NCBI RefSeq assembly: GCF_009831105.1
Contig: NZ_WUUQ01000003.1
Span: forward strand, 1-32,000
DNA: 32,000 bases
Reading direction: 5' to 3'
Source: Copranaerobaculum intestinale
GTDB lineage: Bacteria > Bacillota_I > Bacilli_A > Erysipelotrichales > Erysipelotrichaceae
A program made the position numbers and the translations under genes. Positions 10,209 to 21,331 of the stretch are shown piece after piece. A model generated the notes under the pieces. It was not told the DNA's origin, searched no databases, and saw only the letters and a program-made list of their open reading frames with translations. Position 1 is the first letter of the stretch. Each line of letters begins with the position of its first letter.

Positions 10209-10625
10209 ATGTTAATGCCTAACAGAACAAAATATAGAAGACCTCACCGTTTAAGCTATGAAGGCCGTGCGAAAGCAGGACGTGAAGTAGCTTTCGGTGA
10301 ATATGGATTGGTAGCGGAGTCTGGTAACTACGTAAGTAACCGCCAGATCGAAGCAGCCCGTATCGCGATGACGCGTTACATGAAGCGTGGCGGAAAAGTT
10401 TGGATCAAAATTTTCCCTCACATGGCAAGAACTAAGAAGCCGTTAGAAGTACGTATGGGATCTGGTAAAGGTGCTCCTGAAGGATGGGTAGCAGTTGTAC
10501 AGCCGGGCCGTGTTATGTTCGAGATTGCTGGTGTGCCGGAAGAAATTGCACGCGAAGCATTCCGTTTGGCTTCCCACAAACTGCCGGTAAAATGCAAATT
10601 TGTACGTAAAGGCGAGGAGGAGTAA
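10209..10625 (+). CDS. rplP: 50S ribosomal protein L16
   Basis: 138 aa, [14 protein letters not shown]... GGAGG lies 9 nt upstream. Confidence 0.98.
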   Translation: MLMPNRTKYRRPHRLSYEGRAKAGREVAFGEYGLVAESGNYVSNRQIEAARIAMTRYMKRGGKVWIKIFPHMARTKKPLEVRMGSGKGAPEGWVAVVQPGRVMFEIAGVPEEIAREAFRLASHKLPVKCKFVRKGEEE

Positions 10626-10627
10626 AA

Positions 10628-10828
10628 ATGACAGCGAAAGAGATCAGAGAAAAAAGCAATACTGAATTAAACCAAGAGATCGAAACGCTTAAGGAAGAAC
10701 TCTTTAACCTTCGTTTCCAGCAGGCTGTAGGTAACTTGACGAACACTGCTCGCATGAGAACCGTTAAGAAGACCATCGCCCGCATTAAGACAGTGATGAC
10801 TGAGCGTGAGCTTGGTTCTCAGGAATAG
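10628..10828 (+). CDS. rpmC: 50S ribosomal protein L29
   Basis: 66 aa, ...[10 protein letters not shown]... motif. Confidence 0.97.
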   Translation: MTAKEIREKSNTELNQEIETLKEELFNLRFQQAVGNLTNTARMRTVKKTIARIKTVMTERELGSQE

Positions 10829-10841
10829 GAGGACGATATAA

Positions 10842-11102
10842 ATGGAAAGATCAAACCGTAAAGTATATCGTGGAACCGTAGTTTCCGATAAGATGGATAA
10901 AACGATCACAGTTATCGTTGAAACGAAAAAGACCCACCCGTTATACGGTAAGCGTGTAAAATATTCTAAAAAGTTCAAAGCTCACGACGAGAAGAACGAA
11001 GCGAGAATCGGTGATAAAGTAGAGATTATGGAAACTCGTCCATTGTCCGCTACCAAACGTTTCCGCTTGGTGAAAATCGTTGAAAAGGCTGTTGTTCTTT
11101 AG
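10842..11102 (+). CDS. rpsQ: 30S ribosomal protein S17
   Basis: 86 aa, ...[14 protein letters not shown]... Confidence 0.97.
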   Translation: MERSNRKVYRGTVVSDKMDKTITVIVETKKTHPLYGKRVKYSKKFKAHDEKNEARIGDKVEIMETRPLSATKRFRLVKIVEKAVVL

Positions 11103-11122
11103 GCCATAGGAGGTAATGAGTC

Positions 11123-11491
11123 ATGATTCAAAACGAAACAAGATTACGAGTTGCCGACAACACTGGTGCTAAAGAAGTTTTAGTTATCCGTGGATTAGGC
11201 GGAAGTAGACGTAGATATTCAAACATCGGTGATATCGTTGTTTGTACGGTAAAACAGGCAGCTCCAGGTGGAACTGTTAAAAAAGGTGATGTTGTCAAAG
11301 CGGTAATCGTACGTACGAAGTACGGTGTGCGCCGTGACAACGGAACATACATCAAATTTGATGATAATGCGGTTGTTATCATTAAAGATGACAACACGCC
11401 AAAGGGTACCCGTATTTTCGGCCCGGTGGCAAGAGAACTGCGTGACAGAGATTTCATGAAAATTGTTTCTCTGGCACCGGAAGTATTGTAA
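11123..11491 (+). CDS. rplN: 50S ribosomal protein L14
   Basis: 122 aa, [18 protein letters not shown]... Confidence 0.99.
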   Translation: MIQNETRLRVADNTGAKEVLVIRGLGGSRRRYSNIGDIVVCTVKQAAPGGTVKKGDVVKAVIVRTKYGVRRDNGTYIKFDDNAVVIIKDDNTPKGTRIFGPVARELRDRDFMKIVSLAPEVL

Positions 11492-11503
11492 GGAGGTGTC
11501 TTT

Positions 11504-11812
11504 GTGAAGATCAAAAAAGGTGATAAAGTTCAGGTCATTACTGGTGCTTACAAGGGCACTATCGCAGACGTAACCAAAGTTTTCCCAAAGGAGGATAAGG
11601 TTATTGTCGAGGGTGTCAACATTGTAAAGAAACACCTGAAGCCGACACAGGAAAATCCTGATGGCGGAATTGTTGAAAAGGAAGCTCCGATCCATGTATC
11701 AAATGTAATGGCTTATGATGCAAAGGCAAAAACTGCCAGCAAGATCGGCTTCAAAGAAGAGAAAGGCAAAAAGGTGCGCTATTTCAAAAAGACTGGCGCA
11801 GTCCTGAAGTAG
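11504..11812 (+). CDS. rplX: 50S ribosomal protein L24
   Basis: 102 aa with a GTG start and AGGAGGTG upstream. [14 protein letters not shown]... (KOW motif). Confidence 0.97.
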   Translation: MKIKKGDKVQVITGAYKGTIADVTKVFPKEDKVIVEGVNIVKKHLKPTQENPDGGIVEKEAPIHVSNVMAYDAKAKTASKIGFKEEKGKKVRYFKKTGAVLK

Positions 11813-11824
11813 GAGGGTTAAGAT

Positions 11825-12364
11825 ATGAACCGCCTAGAAAAGAAATATAGAGAAGAAGTCATCCCTTTCATGATGAAACAGTTCAATTATGTTTCCGTAA
11901 TGGAAGTACCGAAAGTTGAAAAGATCGTTATCAATATCGGTGTTGGTGAAGCCATTTCCAACCCGAAGGTGTTAGAGGATGCAGTTGCTGAGCTGCAGCA
12001 GATCACCGGTCAGAAGCCAGTGGTAACCAAAGCAAAAAAATCCATCGCCAACTTCAAACTGCGTGAAGGTATGGCAATCGGCTGTAAGGTAACGCTGCGC
12101 AGTGTGAAAATGTACGATTTCATGGATAAGCTGATGAACATCTCTTTGCCTCGTGTAAGAGATTTCCGCGGTGTATCCAAGACGGCATTTGACGGCCGCG
12201 GCAACTATACATTGGGTATCAAAGAACAGTTGATCTTCCCGGAAATCGATTTCGATAAGGTCAACAAAACTCGTGGTATGGACATTGTCATTGTTACGAG
12301 TGCAAAAACAAACGAAGAAGGAACGGCGCTGCTTGAAGCAATGGGTATGCCGTTCAAGAAATAG
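11825..12364 (+). CDS. rplE: 50S ribosomal protein L5
   Basis: 179 aa, [12 protein letters not shown]... Confidence 0.98.
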   Translation: MNRLEKKYREEVIPFMMKQFNYVSVMEVPKVEKIVINIGVGEAISNPKVLEDAVAELQQITGQKPVVTKAKKSIANFKLREGMAIGCKVTLRSVKMYDFMDKLMNISLPRVRDFRGVSKTAFDGRGNYTLGIKEQLIFPEIDFDKVNKTRGMDIVIVTSAKTNEEGTALLEAMGMPFKK

Positions 12365-12378
12365 GAGGACTCAAGGAT

Positions 12379-12564
12379 ATGGCAAAAAAAGCAATGATTT
12401 TAAAATCAAAACGTCCTCAGAAGTTCCAGGTGCGTGAGTACACACGTTGTGAACGTTGTGGTCGTCCTCACTCAGTTTTACGTAAATACAAACTGTGCCG
12501 TATTTGCTTCCGTGAGCTGGCTTACAAAGGTCAGATCCCGGGTGTGAAAAAGGCTAGTTGGTAG
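12379..12564 (+). CDS. rpsZ: 30S ribosomal protein S14, short zinc-binding type Z (rpsN family)
   Basis: 61 aa with CERC...CRIC (four Cys) zinc ribbon, in spc-operon position. Confidence 0.97.
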   Translation: MAKKAMILKSKRPQKFQVREYTRCERCGRPHSVLRKYKLCRICFRELAYKGQIPGVKKASW

Positions 12565-12585
12565 GCAGAAGAAGGAGGTATAGTC

Positions 12586-12984
12586 ATGATGATTATGACA
12601 GATCCGATTGCTGATATGCTGACTAGAATTCGTAATGGAGTTTCGGCTCGTCACGAAAGCGTGGAAGTTCCAGCAAGTAAAGAAAAAGTGGAAATCGCAA
12701 AGATTTTGAAGAACGAAGGATTCATTACCGACTACAGCGTAGCCGGTGATGTTAAGAAAAACATTACGGTTGTATTAAAATACGGACCGAACAATGAAAA
12801 AGTGATCAGCGGACTGAAGAGAATCTCAAAACCTGGTTTACGTGTATACGCGAAAGTGGATTCCATCCCACGCGTATTAAACGGATTGGGTATTGCTATC
12901 ATCTCTACTTCCGAAGGTCTGATGACAGACAAAGAAGCGAAAGCAAAACATGTAGGCGGCGAAGTGCTGGCTTACGTGTGGTAA
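12586..12984 (+). CDS. rpsH: 30S ribosomal protein S8
   Basis: 132 aa, ...[14 protein letters not shown]... AAGGAGG lies 7 nt upstream of the ATG at 12586. Confidence 0.98.
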   Translation: MMIMTDPIADMLTRIRNGVSARHESVEVPASKEKVEIAKILKNEGFITDYSVAGDVKKNITVVLKYGPNNEKVISGLKRISKPGLRVYAKVDSIPRVLNGLGIAIISTSEGLMTDKEAKAKHVGGEVLAYVW

Positions 12985-13002
12985 TCTGGAGGTATATAGC
13001 TA

Positions 13003-13548
13003 ATGTCACGTATCGGTAATAAAGCGATTACCATTCCTGCCGGAGTGGAAGTCTCCATCTCTGACAAGAATGAGGTGACTGTTAAGGGGCCTAAGGGAAC
13101 TTTAACGCGTCAGTTTTCAGAGATTTTGGGAATCAAAATTGAAGAAGGCATTTTAACTGTTTCTCGTCCAAACGAAGAGAAGCACACAAAACAGTTACAC
13201 GGTACTACCCGCGCTCTGTTGAACAACATGGTTGAAGGAGTATCACAAGGATTTGAAAAGACCCTGGAACTGGTTGGTATCGGTTTCCGTTCTGCAGTAT
13301 CAGGCAACAAATTAACTTTGAACGTCGGTTATTCTCACCCGGTTGAATTTGTGGTAGAGGAAGGCGTGAAAGTGGAATGTGTATCTGCTACCGAAATCAA
13401 GGTTTCAGGTATCGATAAACAAAGAGTCGGTGAATGGGCCGCAAACATCCGCGCTGTCAGAAAGCCAGAACCTTACAAAGGCAAGGGTATTCGCTACAAA
13501 GGTGAACACGTACGCCGTAAGGAAGGTAAGACGGCAGCTAAGAAATAG
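13003..13548 (+). CDS. rplF: 50S ribosomal protein L6
   Basis: 181 aa, [17 protein letters not shown]... Confidence 0.98.
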   Translation: MSRIGNKAITIPAGVEVSISDKNEVTVKGPKGTLTRQFSEILGIKIEEGILTVSRPNEEKHTKQLHGTTRALLNNMVEGVSQGFEKTLELVGIGFRSAVSGNKLTLNVGYSHPVEFVVEEGVKVECVSATEIKVSGIDKQRVGEWAANIRAVRKPEPYKGKGIRYKGEHVRRKEGKTAAKK

Positions 13549-13569
13549 TGGGAAAGGAGCAATAAGACT

Positions 13570-13926
13570 ATGCTTAAGAAAGTGTCTAGAAATGATGAAC
13601 GTATCCGTCGTCATCTGCGCGTTCGCAAGAAAGTGAACGGTACTCCTGAATGTCCCCGTCTGAACGTTTTCCGTTCAAATGCGCACATTCACGCGCAGAT
13701 CATTGACGATGTCAATGGTAAAACTCTTGTTGCCGCAAGCAGCGTTGATATGAAACTGGCAAACGGCGGTAACGTAGAAGCAGCAGCTCAGGTTGGTAAA
13801 GAACTGGCTGTCCGTGCCCAGAAGGCAAAAATTGAAAATGTAGTATTCGATCGTGGCGGATATATCTACCACGGACGTGTTAAGGCTTTGGCTGATGCAG
13901 CTAGAGAAGCCGGATTGAAATTTTAA
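13570..13926 (+). CDS. rplR: 50S ribosomal protein L18
   Basis: 118 aa, ...RRHLRVRKK...[27 protein letters not shown]. Confidence 0.98.
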   Translation: MLKKVSRNDERIRRHLRVRKKVNGTPECPRLNVFRSNAHIHAQIIDDVNGKTLVAASSVDMKLANGGNVEAAAQVGKELAVRAQKAKIENVVFDRGGYIYHGRVKALADAAREAGLKF

Positions 13927-13939
13927 GGAGGTCATGCGA

Positions 13940-14449
13940 ATGGAACGCAAACCAAGAAGAGACCGCGAGCCTAAGGAATTCGAAGAACGTGTAGTCACCA
14001 TCAACCGTGTAACCAAGGTTGTTAAGGGTGGTCGCCGTTTCCGTTTTGCGGCTTTAGTGGTAATTGGTGACAAAAAGGGACGTGTCGGTTTTGGTACCGG
14101 CAAGGCAAACGAAGTTCCTGATGCCATCAAAAAAGCAATTGAAGATGCTAAAAAGAATGTCTTCACTGTACCGGTTGTCAACACGACCATTCCGCACGAA
14201 ATCACTGGTGTTTACGGCGCTGGTGAAATCTTCCTGCGTCCAGCTTCAGAAGGTACTGGAGTTATCGCGGGCGGTGCTGTCCGTGATGTTTTGGAACTGG
14301 CTGGTATCAATGATGTTCTGTCAAAATGTATCGGTTCACGTACTCCGATCAACATGGTGCGCGCTACAATGACTGCTCTGCAGAATCTGAAGACTGTTGA
14401 ACAGGTAGCTCGTCTCCGTGGAAAAAAGCCGGAAGAAATTCGCGGTTAA
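13940..14449 (+). CDS. rpsE: 30S ribosomal protein S5
   Basis: ...[24 protein letters not shown]... The ORF track starts at 13934, but that ATG is only 2 nt from AAGGAGG (13925-13931). The ATG at 13940 has an 8-nt spacing. Confidence 0.96.
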   Translation: MERKPRRDREPKEFEERVVTINRVTKVVKGGRRFRFAALVVIGDKKGRVGFGTGKANEVPDAIKKAIEDAKKNVFTVPVVNTTIPHEITGVYGAGEIFLRPASEGTGVIAGGAVRDVLELAGINDVLSKCIGSRTPINMVRATMTALQNLKTVEQVARLRGKKPEEIRG

Positions 14450-14464
14450 TAGGAGGGAATAGAC

Positions 14465-14902
14465 ATGAAATTACATGAAATGCAATATACAGAAGGTGCA
14501 CGTTCATCACGTAACCGTGTCGGACGCGGACAGGGATCTGGTAATGGTAAAACTTCCGGTAAGGGACAGAAGGGTCAGAAGGCTCGTTCCGGCGGAGGTG
14601 TACGTTTAGGATTCGAGGGTGGTCAGACACCGCTCGCAAGACGTTTGCCAAAACGCGGATTTACAAACTTCACCCGTAAAGAATACGCAATTGTGAACGT
14701 AGCGAGCTTGAATCGCTTCGAAGATGGTGAAGTGACTCCAGAGATGCTGATTGAAAGCGGTCTGGTTAAAAAAGAATTAGATGGTATCAAAATTTTAGGT
14801 CAGGGCGAATTAACTAAGAAATTGGTAGTGAAAGCTAACAAGTTCTCAAAGTCAGCTGTGACTGTAATTGAGCAGGCAGGCGGAAAAGCTGAGGTAATCT
14901 AA
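14465..14902 (+). CDS. rplO: 50S ribosomal protein L15
   Basis: 145 aa, ...[17 protein letters not shown]... It starts 15 nt after the rpsE stop, so no rpmD lies between them. Confidence 0.98.
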   Translation: MKLHEMQYTEGARSSRNRVGRGQGSGNGKTSGKGQKGQKARSGGGVRLGFEGGQTPLARRLPKRGFTNFTRKEYAIVNVASLNRFEDGEVTPEMLIESGLVKKELDGIKILGQGELTKKLVVKANKFSKSAVTVIEQAGGKAEVI

Positions 14903-14903
14903 T

Positions 14904-16196
14904 ATGATAGCCACAGTAATCAGCATGTTCAAGAACAAGGAAATCCGTAAGCGAATCCTGTTCACCCTGCTCATGCTGTTTATCTTCCGTTTCGGTGCGG
15001 CAATCGTTGTACCGGGCGTGAATACGGCATCTCTGATGTCTGGTGTAAACAGTAATTCACTGTTGAATATGTTAAATCTGCTGGGTGGAGGTATGATCCA
15101 GCAGTTATCCATATTCTCAATGGGTGTGGGGCCATACATTACGGCATCCATCATCCTGCAGCTATTGTCCATGGATGTTATTCCATATCTGACCGAGCTG
15201 TCAAAAAGCGGTGCCTCCGGCAAAAAGGTAATTGATCGTTACACACGTTATCTGGCTGTGGTATTGGGCTTTGTACAGGGTCTGACAATGATGATAGCAT
15301 TTAATCGTTCCTATAACATTATGCCAAATGCAGGCGTTGCCGATTATTTGTTTGTGGTAACCATCCTGTCAGCTGGTTCGATGTTCCTATTATGGGTCGG
15401 TGATCAGATTTCCATGAAGGGTATTGGAAATGGTGTATCCATTTTGATCTTTGCGGGAATCGTAGCACGTATGCCGTCTCAGTTCACTCAGGTGTTTCAG
15501 CAGATGACCGGCGGTAAAGCCGGCTGGACTGGCATTGCCATGTTCGCGGTTTATATCCTTGTCTATCTGTTGATTATTGTCGGCGTTGTGCTAATGCAGC
15601 TGGCGGAACGAAAGATTCCGATTCAGTATACATCCAGCACGGTGCAGACGAAGAAGAAGGACATGACCTACCTGCCGCTGAAGTTAAACTCAGCCAGTGT
15701 AATTCCCGTCATTTTCGCTTCTTCCGTGATGATTGCGCCGGCCACGATTGCCAGCTTCTTCACGCAAAACAGCTTTACGAAAGCACTGACGAATTTTACG
15801 GATATGACCAAGCCGGTCGGCTTGATCATCTACGTGATTCTGACCATTCTCTTTACGTTCTTCTATACCAAGCTGATGGTAGATCCGGAGAAAGTGGCTG
15901 AGAATCTGAATAAGTCAGGCACATATATTCCTGGTATTCGTCCGGGAACGGAAACAAAAGAATACATTAATCAAGTTCTGAATCGTTTAACGGTGCTGGG
16001 ATCTCTGGCACTGGCCTTCATCGCTGCGATACCGTATCTGATGCCAATGGTTACCAATCTGCCAAAATCTATGGGACTAGGCGGAACCGGAATCATTATC
16101 GTTGTCGGTGTTGCCATGGAAACATGGAAGTCTTTGAAGGGTCAGCTGACACAGCGTTCCTACCGCGGATTCATTTCAAAAGCAGAGGGAAACTGA
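14904..16196 (+). CDS. secY: Preprotein translocase subunit SecY
   Basis: 430 aa polytopic membrane protein with ...LFSMGVGPYITASIILQLL... motif, in spc-operon position. Confidence 0.98.
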   Translation: MIATVISMFKNKEIRKRILFTLLMLFIFRFGAAIVVPGVNTASLMSGVNSNSLLNMLNLLGGGMIQQLSIFSMGVGPYITASIILQLLSMDVIPYLTELSKSGASGKKVIDRYTRYLAVVLGFVQGLTMMIAFNRSYNIMPNAGVADYLFVVTILSAGSMFLLWVGDQISMKGIGNGVSILIFAGIVARMPSQFTQVFQQMTGGKAGWTGIAMFAVYILVYLLIIVGVVLMQLAERKIPIQYTSSTVQTKKKDMTYLPLKLNSASVIPVIFASSVMIAPATIASFFTQNSFTKALTNFTDMTKPVGLIIYVILTILFTFFYTKLMVDPEKVAENLNKSGTYIPGIRPGTETKEYINQVLNRLTVLGSLALAFIAAIPYLMPMVTNLPKSMGLGGTGIIIVVGVAMETWKSLKGQLTQRSYRGFISKAEGN

Positions 16197-16197
16197 T

Positions 16198-16842
16198 ATG
16201 AACATTATGATTATGGGAGGACCTGGGGCCGGTAAAGGAACCATGTCTGCCAAGATTGTAGAACATTTCCAAGTCCATCACATCTCGACCGGCAACATCT
16301 TTCGTTCTGAGATCAGTAAGCAGACAGAGCTCGGACTGAAAGCTAAAAGCTATTCCGATCAGGGACTGCTTGTTCCGGATGAGGTAACCAATCCGATGGT
16401 CAAGAGCTTCTTAGAGAAACTCGATCTGGGTAATGGTTATCTCTTAGATGGATATCCGCGCACAACTGCTCAGGCAGAAGTATTCGATAAACTGACTGAA
16501 GGTACCGACCTGTCTGTAGACAAGGTGCTGGTACTGGAGTTGGATTTCGAAATTCTGAAGGAGCGGATCACCGGCCGCCGCATCTGTAAAAACTGTGATG
16601 AAATTTATCATATCAAGAACCATCCGTCAAAAACCGAAGGTATCTGTGATAAATGCGGCGGTGAACTGTATCAGCGCAAAGATGATACAATTGAAAGTCT
16701 GAGTGTTCGTCTTGATGAGTATAAGAAATCGACCGAGCCGGTTCTTGCTTATTATGAGGCAAAGGGACAGCTGGTACGAATCAATGCTGATCAGCCGATC
16801 GATAAAGTGTGGAGTGACGTATTGGAAGCCCTTGAGGCATAA
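16198..16842 (+). CDS. adk: Adenylate kinase with a Zn-type lid
   Basis: 214 aa, P-loop GGPGAGKGT. The lid has CKNC...CDKC (four Cys). Confidence 0.98.
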   Translation: MNIMIMGGPGAGKGTMSAKIVEHFQVHHISTGNIFRSEISKQTELGLKAKSYSDQGLLVPDEVTNPMVKSFLEKLDLGNGYLLDGYPRTTAQAEVFDKLTEGTDLSVDKVLVLELDFEILKERITGRRICKNCDEIYHIKNHPSKTEGICDKCGGELYQRKDDTIESLSVRLDEYKKSTEPVLAYYEAKGQLVRINADQPIDKVWSDVLEALEA

Positions 16843-16845
16843 CCG

Positions 16846-17622
16846 ATGGTCACAATCAAATCAGCTTCAGAATTAAATTATATGCGGGAGGCGGGACGGA
16901 TTGTTGCGCTGGCTCACCAGGCGGTTGCCGCAAGCATTCGTCCAGGTATTTCCAGCCGCGAAATCAATGCGATCTGTGAGGATGTTATTCGCTCCTATGG
17001 AGCAACCCCATCCTTTAAAGGATTGTATGGATTTCCCGCTGCCACATGCATATCGATTAATTCCGTCTTGGTTCATGGTATCCCTGATGATACGATTCTG
17101 AACGAAGGCGATATCGTTTCAGTGGACATCGGAGCCTGTTACCGCGGGTATCACGGAGATTCTGCCTGGACGTATGGAGTCGGCGCGATATCGACTGCCG
17201 CGCAAAGCTTGCTCAAGGTGACAAAAGAATCGTTGTTTGCAGGTATGAAACAGGTAAAAGCAGGGAATCGTTTAACTGATATATCCCATGCAATCCAAGC
17301 GATTGTATATGAGTTCGGATACAGTATTCCACGCGACTTTTCAGGCCATGGTGTCGGTACCAGTGTTCACGAAGATCCTTCCGTACCAAATTTTGGGGCG
17401 GCAGGGCACGGCATTCTCTTGAAGGAGGGAATGACGCTGGCCATTGAGCCAATGGTGATCATGGGGCGACCACAAACCAGAACGCTGCATGACGGCTGGA
17501 CCGTTGTCAGCAAGGATGGTTCGCTGTCAGCGCATTTCGAACACACGATTGCTGTCACCGCCGATGGGTATGAGATACTCACGACTTTAACCGATAAGGA
17601 GGAATATCCAGGTAATGGGTAA
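16846..17622 (+). CDS. map: Type I methionine aminopeptidase
   Basis: 258 aa with metal-ligand context ...VDIGA...GYHGDS...GHGVG...EP...EHT... Confidence 0.97.
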   Translation: MVTIKSASELNYMREAGRIVALAHQAVAASIRPGISSREINAICEDVIRSYGATPSFKGLYGFPAATCISINSVLVHGIPDDTILNEGDIVSVDIGACYRGYHGDSAWTYGVGAISTAAQSLLKVTKESLFAGMKQVKAGNRLTDISHAIQAIVYEFGYSIPRDFSGHGVGTSVHEDPSVPNFGAAGHGILLKEGMTLAIEPMVIMGRPQTRTLHDGWTVVSKDGSLSAHFEHTIAVTADGYEILTTLTDKEEYPGNG

Positions 17623-17833
17623 ACAAGATGTTATTGAGATCGACGGAGTAGTTGAAGATACTCTGCCGAACGCAATGTTCAAAGTGAAATTAGCCAACGG
17701 ACACACTATACTGGCTCACGTTTCTGGTAAAATCCGCATGCATTACATCCGCATTTTACCAGGGGATCGTGTTACTGTTGAAATTTCACCTTATGATTTA
17801 ACACGTGGGCGCATTACATTCCGTCATAAGTAG
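17615..17833 (+). CDS. infA: Translation initiation factor IF-1
   Basis: 72 aa, [13 protein letters not shown]...PNAMFKV.L.NGH. It overlaps the map end by 8 nt. Confidence 0.98.
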   Translation: MGKQDVIEIDGVVEDTLPNAMFKVKLANGHTILAHVSGKIRMHYIRILPGDRVTVEISPYDLTRGRITFRHK

Positions 17834-17855
17834 GGCGGGATAAGGAGGAAAACGC

Positions 17856-17972
17856 ATGAAAGTAAGACCATCTGTAAAACCTATATGCGATAAATGCCGC
17901 GTCATTAAACGTAAAGGCCGCGTCATGGTTATTTGTGAAAACCCGAAACACAAACAAAGACAGGGAAATTAA
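17856..17972 (+). CDS. rpmJ: 50S ribosomal protein L36, zinc-binding form
   Basis: Not in the ORF track because it is under 60 aa. Hand translation gives [38 protein letters not shown] (38 aa, C11/C14/C27/H32). AAGGAGG lies upstream and the stop is TAA at 17970-17972. Confidence 0.95.
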   Translation: MKVRPSVKPICDKCRVIKRKGRVMVICENPKHKQRQGN

Positions 17973-17989
17973 TGGAGGTGTAATAGAGA

Positions 17990-18355
17990 ATGGCTCGTAT
18001 TGCAGGAGTAGATATCCCACGCGATAAACGTGTGGTTGTATCCTTAACTTATATTTATGGTATCGGACGTCAGACTGCTGAAGATATCCTGAAAACAACA
18101 GGCATCAGCGAAGACATCCGCGTAAAGGATCTGAGTGAAGATCAAGTAAATGCCATCCGTAATGAAGTAGATAAAATTAAAGTAGAAGGTGATTTACGCC
18201 GTGATGTTCAGTTGAACATCAAACGTCTGATGGAAATCGGATGCTACCGCGGAATTCGTCACCGTAAAGGTTTACCGGTTCGCGGTCAGCGCACCAAAAC
18301 AAATGCCCGTACTCGCAAAGGTCCTAGACGTGCAGTAACTGGCAAGAAGAAATAA
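17990..18355 (+). CDS. rpsM: 30S ribosomal protein S13
   Basis: 121 aa, [15 protein letters not shown]... Confidence 0.98.
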   Translation: MARIAGVDIPRDKRVVVSLTYIYGIGRQTAEDILKTTGISEDIRVKDLSEDQVNAIRNEVDKIKVEGDLRRDVQLNIKRLMEIGCYRGIRHRKGLPVRGQRTKTNARTRKGPRRAVTGKKK

Positions 18356-18375
18356 GAAGATAGGAGGAAGCAATC

Positions 18376-18768
18376 ATGGCAAAAACAACCAAAGGCGGAC
18401 ACAAGCGTCGTGCCCGTAAGAATATAGCTCGTGGATGTGCACATGTTCATTCTACATTCAATAACACGATCGTAACGATCACGGATGAGAACGGTAACGC
18501 AATTGCATGGTCCAGTGCCGGAGCATTAGGATTCAAAGGTTCCCGTAAATCAACACCGTTCGCTGCACAGATGGCTGGTGAAGCCGCTGGTAAAGCCGCA
18601 GTTGATAACGGAATGAAGACAGTATCTGTTAACGTAAAAGGCCCAGGCCCAGGACGTGAAGCAGCTGTCAGAGCTCTGCAGGTTGCAGGATTAGAAATTA
18701 CAATGATCAATGATGTAACTCCTATTCCTCACAACGGATGTCGTCCGCCAAAACGGCCACGTGGTTAA
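18376..18768 (+). CDS. rpsK: 30S ribosomal protein S11
   Basis: 130 aa, ...[17 protein letters not shown]... Confidence 0.98.
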   Translation: MAKTTKGGHKRRARKNIARGCAHVHSTFNNTIVTITDENGNAIAWSSAGALGFKGSRKSTPFAAQMAGEAAGKAAVDNGMKTVSVNVKGPGPGREAAVRALQVAGLEITMINDVTPIPHNGCRPPKRPRG

Positions 18769-18796
18769 TCATAAACTATACTGAGGAGGTATTTGT

Positions 18797-19756
18797 ATGC
18801 AAAAATTCGAACGTGCAAATTTTGAAGTAAAAGAATACGTAGATTCAGAAAATTACGGAAAATTCGTTATCGGACCGCTCGAAAGAGGGTTTGGGACGAC
18901 CATCGGTAATGCTCTGCGTCGGGTTCTGCTCTCCTCTTTGCCAGGTGGGGCCGTATTTTCTATAAAAATCGACGGTGTCTACCATGAATTTACCGCCATG
19001 CCGGGAATTGTAGAAGACGTGACGGCAATGATTCTGAATATCAAAAGTATAATTCTGGATATTCAGGATGATGAAGTGTATACACTGCGTATTTCCAAAA
19101 AGGGTCCTGGTGCTGTAACTGCCGGCGATATTATCTGCCCGGATGGCGTTAATGTGCTGAACCCGGATCTATACATCTGTACGATAGAAGAAGGCGGTTC
19201 TCTGGAAATGGAACTGCAGGCACGGATTGGTCGCGGATATGTAAGCTCCGATACCAATAAGTCTCTGTATCAGTCTCCAAATCAGCCATTGGGAACGATT
19301 TATACCGACTCTATTTATACACCGATTGAAAAGGCTGCCTATGTTTCTGAACCGACTCGCGTCGGTCAGGATGCTCAGTATGACAAGGTTGTACTGGAGA
19401 TTTGGACAAACGGTTCAATCACCCCTCAGGAATCCGTAGCCCTCGCTGCGAAGATTCTGATTGATCATCTGGAGCTGTTGACAAATGTTCATGAGGCAGT
19501 CAATGATATGGATTCCGTCATGAAGGAAGCTCAGGGCGAAGTTCAGAACAAGGGTCTGGTTATGATGATTGAAGACTTAGACCTGTCAGTACGAAGCTAT
19601 AACTGCTTGAAGCGTGCTGGTATTCAGACTGTTGAAGAGCTGACTCAGCGTACTGAAGACGAAATGATGAGAGTTAGAAACTTGGGTAAGAAATCACTCA
19701 AGGAAGTTAAAGATAAAATCTATGATCTGGGGCTCAGCTTCAAGTCATACGAGTAA
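18797..19756 (+). CDS. rpoA: DNA-directed RNA polymerase subunit alpha
   Basis: 319 aa. The N-terminal domain has ...GPLERGFGTTIGNALRRVLLSSLPG... The C-terminal domain has ...LDLSVRSYNCLKRAGI.TV.EL. Confidence 0.98.
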   Translation: MQKFERANFEVKEYVDSENYGKFVIGPLERGFGTTIGNALRRVLLSSLPGGAVFSIKIDGVYHEFTAMPGIVEDVTAMILNIKSIILDIQDDEVYTLRISKKGPGAVTAGDIICPDGVNVLNPDLYICTIEEGGSLEMELQARIGRGYVSSDTNKSLYQSPNQPLGTIYTDSIYTPIEKAAYVSEPTRVGQDAQYDKVVLEIWTNGSITPQESVALAAKILIDHLELLTNVHEAVNDMDSVMKEAQGEVQNKGLVMMIEDLDLSVRSYNCLKRAGIQTVEELTQRTEDEMMRVRNLGKKSLKEVKDKIYDLGLSFKSYE

Positions 19757-19779
19757 AGTGTGAAGGAGGAACCTAACGA

Positions 19780-20142
19780 ATGTGGAATCGTAAATTAGGA
19801 CGTACTGCCGATCACCGTAAAGCAATGTTCCGTAACATGGCTACTTCTATTATTGCCAACGGACAAATTGAAACTACGGAAATGAAGGCAAAAGAACTGC
19901 GTACAGTAGTTGATGAATTAATTACTCTGGCAAAACGTGGAGATCTGCATGCTCGTCGTCAGGCAGCAAGCTTTGTTCGCGATGTCGTAGTTGATGAAGC
20001 AACCGGACAGACTGCTTTGCAGAAACTGTTCAATGAAATCGGACCAAAATATCAGGATCGTAATGGTGGTTATACACGTGTTATCAAAACACGCAACCGC
20101 CGCGGTGACAATGCCACGATGGCAATCATCGAGCTGGTATAA
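19780..20142 (+). CDS. rplQ: 50S ribosomal protein L17
   Basis: 120 aa, ...[17 protein letters not shown]... Confidence 0.97.
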   Translation: MWNRKLGRTADHRKAMFRNMATSIIANGQIETTEMKAKELRTVVDELITLAKRGDLHARRQAASFVRDVVVDEATGQTALQKLFNEIGPKYQDRNGGYTRVIKTRNRRGDNATMAIIELV

Positions 20143-20153
20143 TTCAAGGAACA

Positions 20154-20196
20154 TAAAAAAATACGGGCAAGGAGCATGTGTCCGTATTTTTTTGTG
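20154..20196 (+). terminator. Rho-independent terminator of the alpha operon
   Basis: aaaaaaatacgg (20154-20166) pairs with ccgtattttttt (20182-20193). The T-run continues after the stem. Confidence 0.75.
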
Positions 20197-20315
20197 GAAA
20201 AGGAATGAATGTGAAGCATGAACTGTATTTCAAAAGAGTTTCAGAAGATTTTATATGAATTATGATAAATACGCAGATATATATTATAATAAATACAACG
20301 ATCAGGAGGATATGT

Positions 20316-21329
20316 ATGGGTAAAAATTGGATGAAAATAGTAGGAATCTGTTTGCTGATTGGTGGATGCTCGTCATCCTCATCCTGGAATGGCTACACGG
20401 CAAAGCAAAGTGAACAGTTGAAGGCGGCAGGAATTGATCAAGAAACTGCGGAATCCTGCAAGAACCCTTCATCGCTTATTTCGATGAGTAAAGGAAAGAT
20501 CATAAAGAAATATAGTAAGCAGTATTGCTCGGTGAATATGAGTAAAAGTTCGCCAAAGATCGTAAATGCGGTTTTGAAAGCAAACGGAAGCGCTGAGCAG
20601 GCAAAAGCATTTGGTGAAGTGAAATATGCATGGGAAGAAAATGCAGGCCGTTACGTTGCCTATGCGGGCAAGGAGAAGCAGGCGGAGGATATTGTGCTAA
20701 AGGTGAATATGAATCTGGATAAACCTTATTACACCGATGTGAAAACCATCTCTGATACGGATGATAGCACGATGCTGGTAAACAAATATCAAAAATTACC
20801 GGTGAATTATGAACCGAAGGATTTGGTAGAAACACCTGCCCCCTGTACGAATGAATATTCCTGCTTTCCTGATAAACAGTATATTGTCAAAGCGGCAGCT
20901 GTGCATTTTCAGCAGCTGATCGACGCAGCCGAGCAAAAAGGCTTTACAATAACTGCCATCGCTTCGCTTCGTGGATATCAGTATCAGGAGATGCTATATA
21001 ACTATTACGCACAAGCTAACGGTGTGGAGTATGCCGATACGTATTATGCGCGCCCTGGTCAAAGTGAACATAATACTGGTCTGGCAGTTGATATTACGAT
21101 CGATCATATGGATTATACAGAAATTGAAAAATCACCTCATTACGACTGGCTGCTGAAGCATATGGCAGATTATGGCTTTATTCTTCGCTATCCGAAGGAT
21201 AAGGAAGATGTAACCGGCTTTGGTTATGAATCATGGCATCTGCGTTATGTAGGCAAACATGCCGCGAAATCAATCATGGATCAAGGGATTACCCTTGATG
21301 AGTATCATGCGATGAAAGTGAAGGAGTAA
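20316..21329 (+). CDS. VanY-type D-alanyl-D-alanine carboxypeptidase (peptidase M15B) lipoprotein
   Basis: I chose the ATG at 20316 (AGGAGGA at 20304-20310). Signal peptide with lipobox LLIGG-C. Zn-peptidase motifs SEHNTGLAVD and ESWHLRYVG. Confidence 0.85.
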   Translation: MGKNWMKIVGICLLIGGCSSSSSWNGYTAKQSEQLKAAGIDQETAESCKNPSSLISMSKGKIIKKYSKQYCSVNMSKSSPKIVNAVLKANGSAEQAKAFGEVKYAWEENAGRYVAYAGKEKQAEDIVLKVNMNLDKPYYTDVKTISDTDDSTMLVNKYQKLPVNYEPKDLVETPAPCTNEYSCFPDKQYIVKAAAVHFQQLIDAAEQKGFTITAIASLRGYQYQEMLYNYYAQANGVEYADTYYARPGQSEHNTGLAVDITIDHMDYTEIEKSPHYDWLLKHMADYGFILRYPKDKEDVTGFGYESWHLRYVGKHAAKSIMDQGITLDEYHAMKVKE

Positions 21330-21331
21330 AC

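Noticed and set aside
11219-11695. 158-aa ORF antisense to rplN/rplX (also 11128..11514)
   Set aside because: It spans two tightly packed ribosomal genes on the opposite strand, has no RBS and shows a shadow-ORF composition.
13675-14205. 176-aa ORF antisense to rplR/rpsE
   Set aside because: The same reasoning applies. It is antisense to conserved ribosomal genes with no independent signals.
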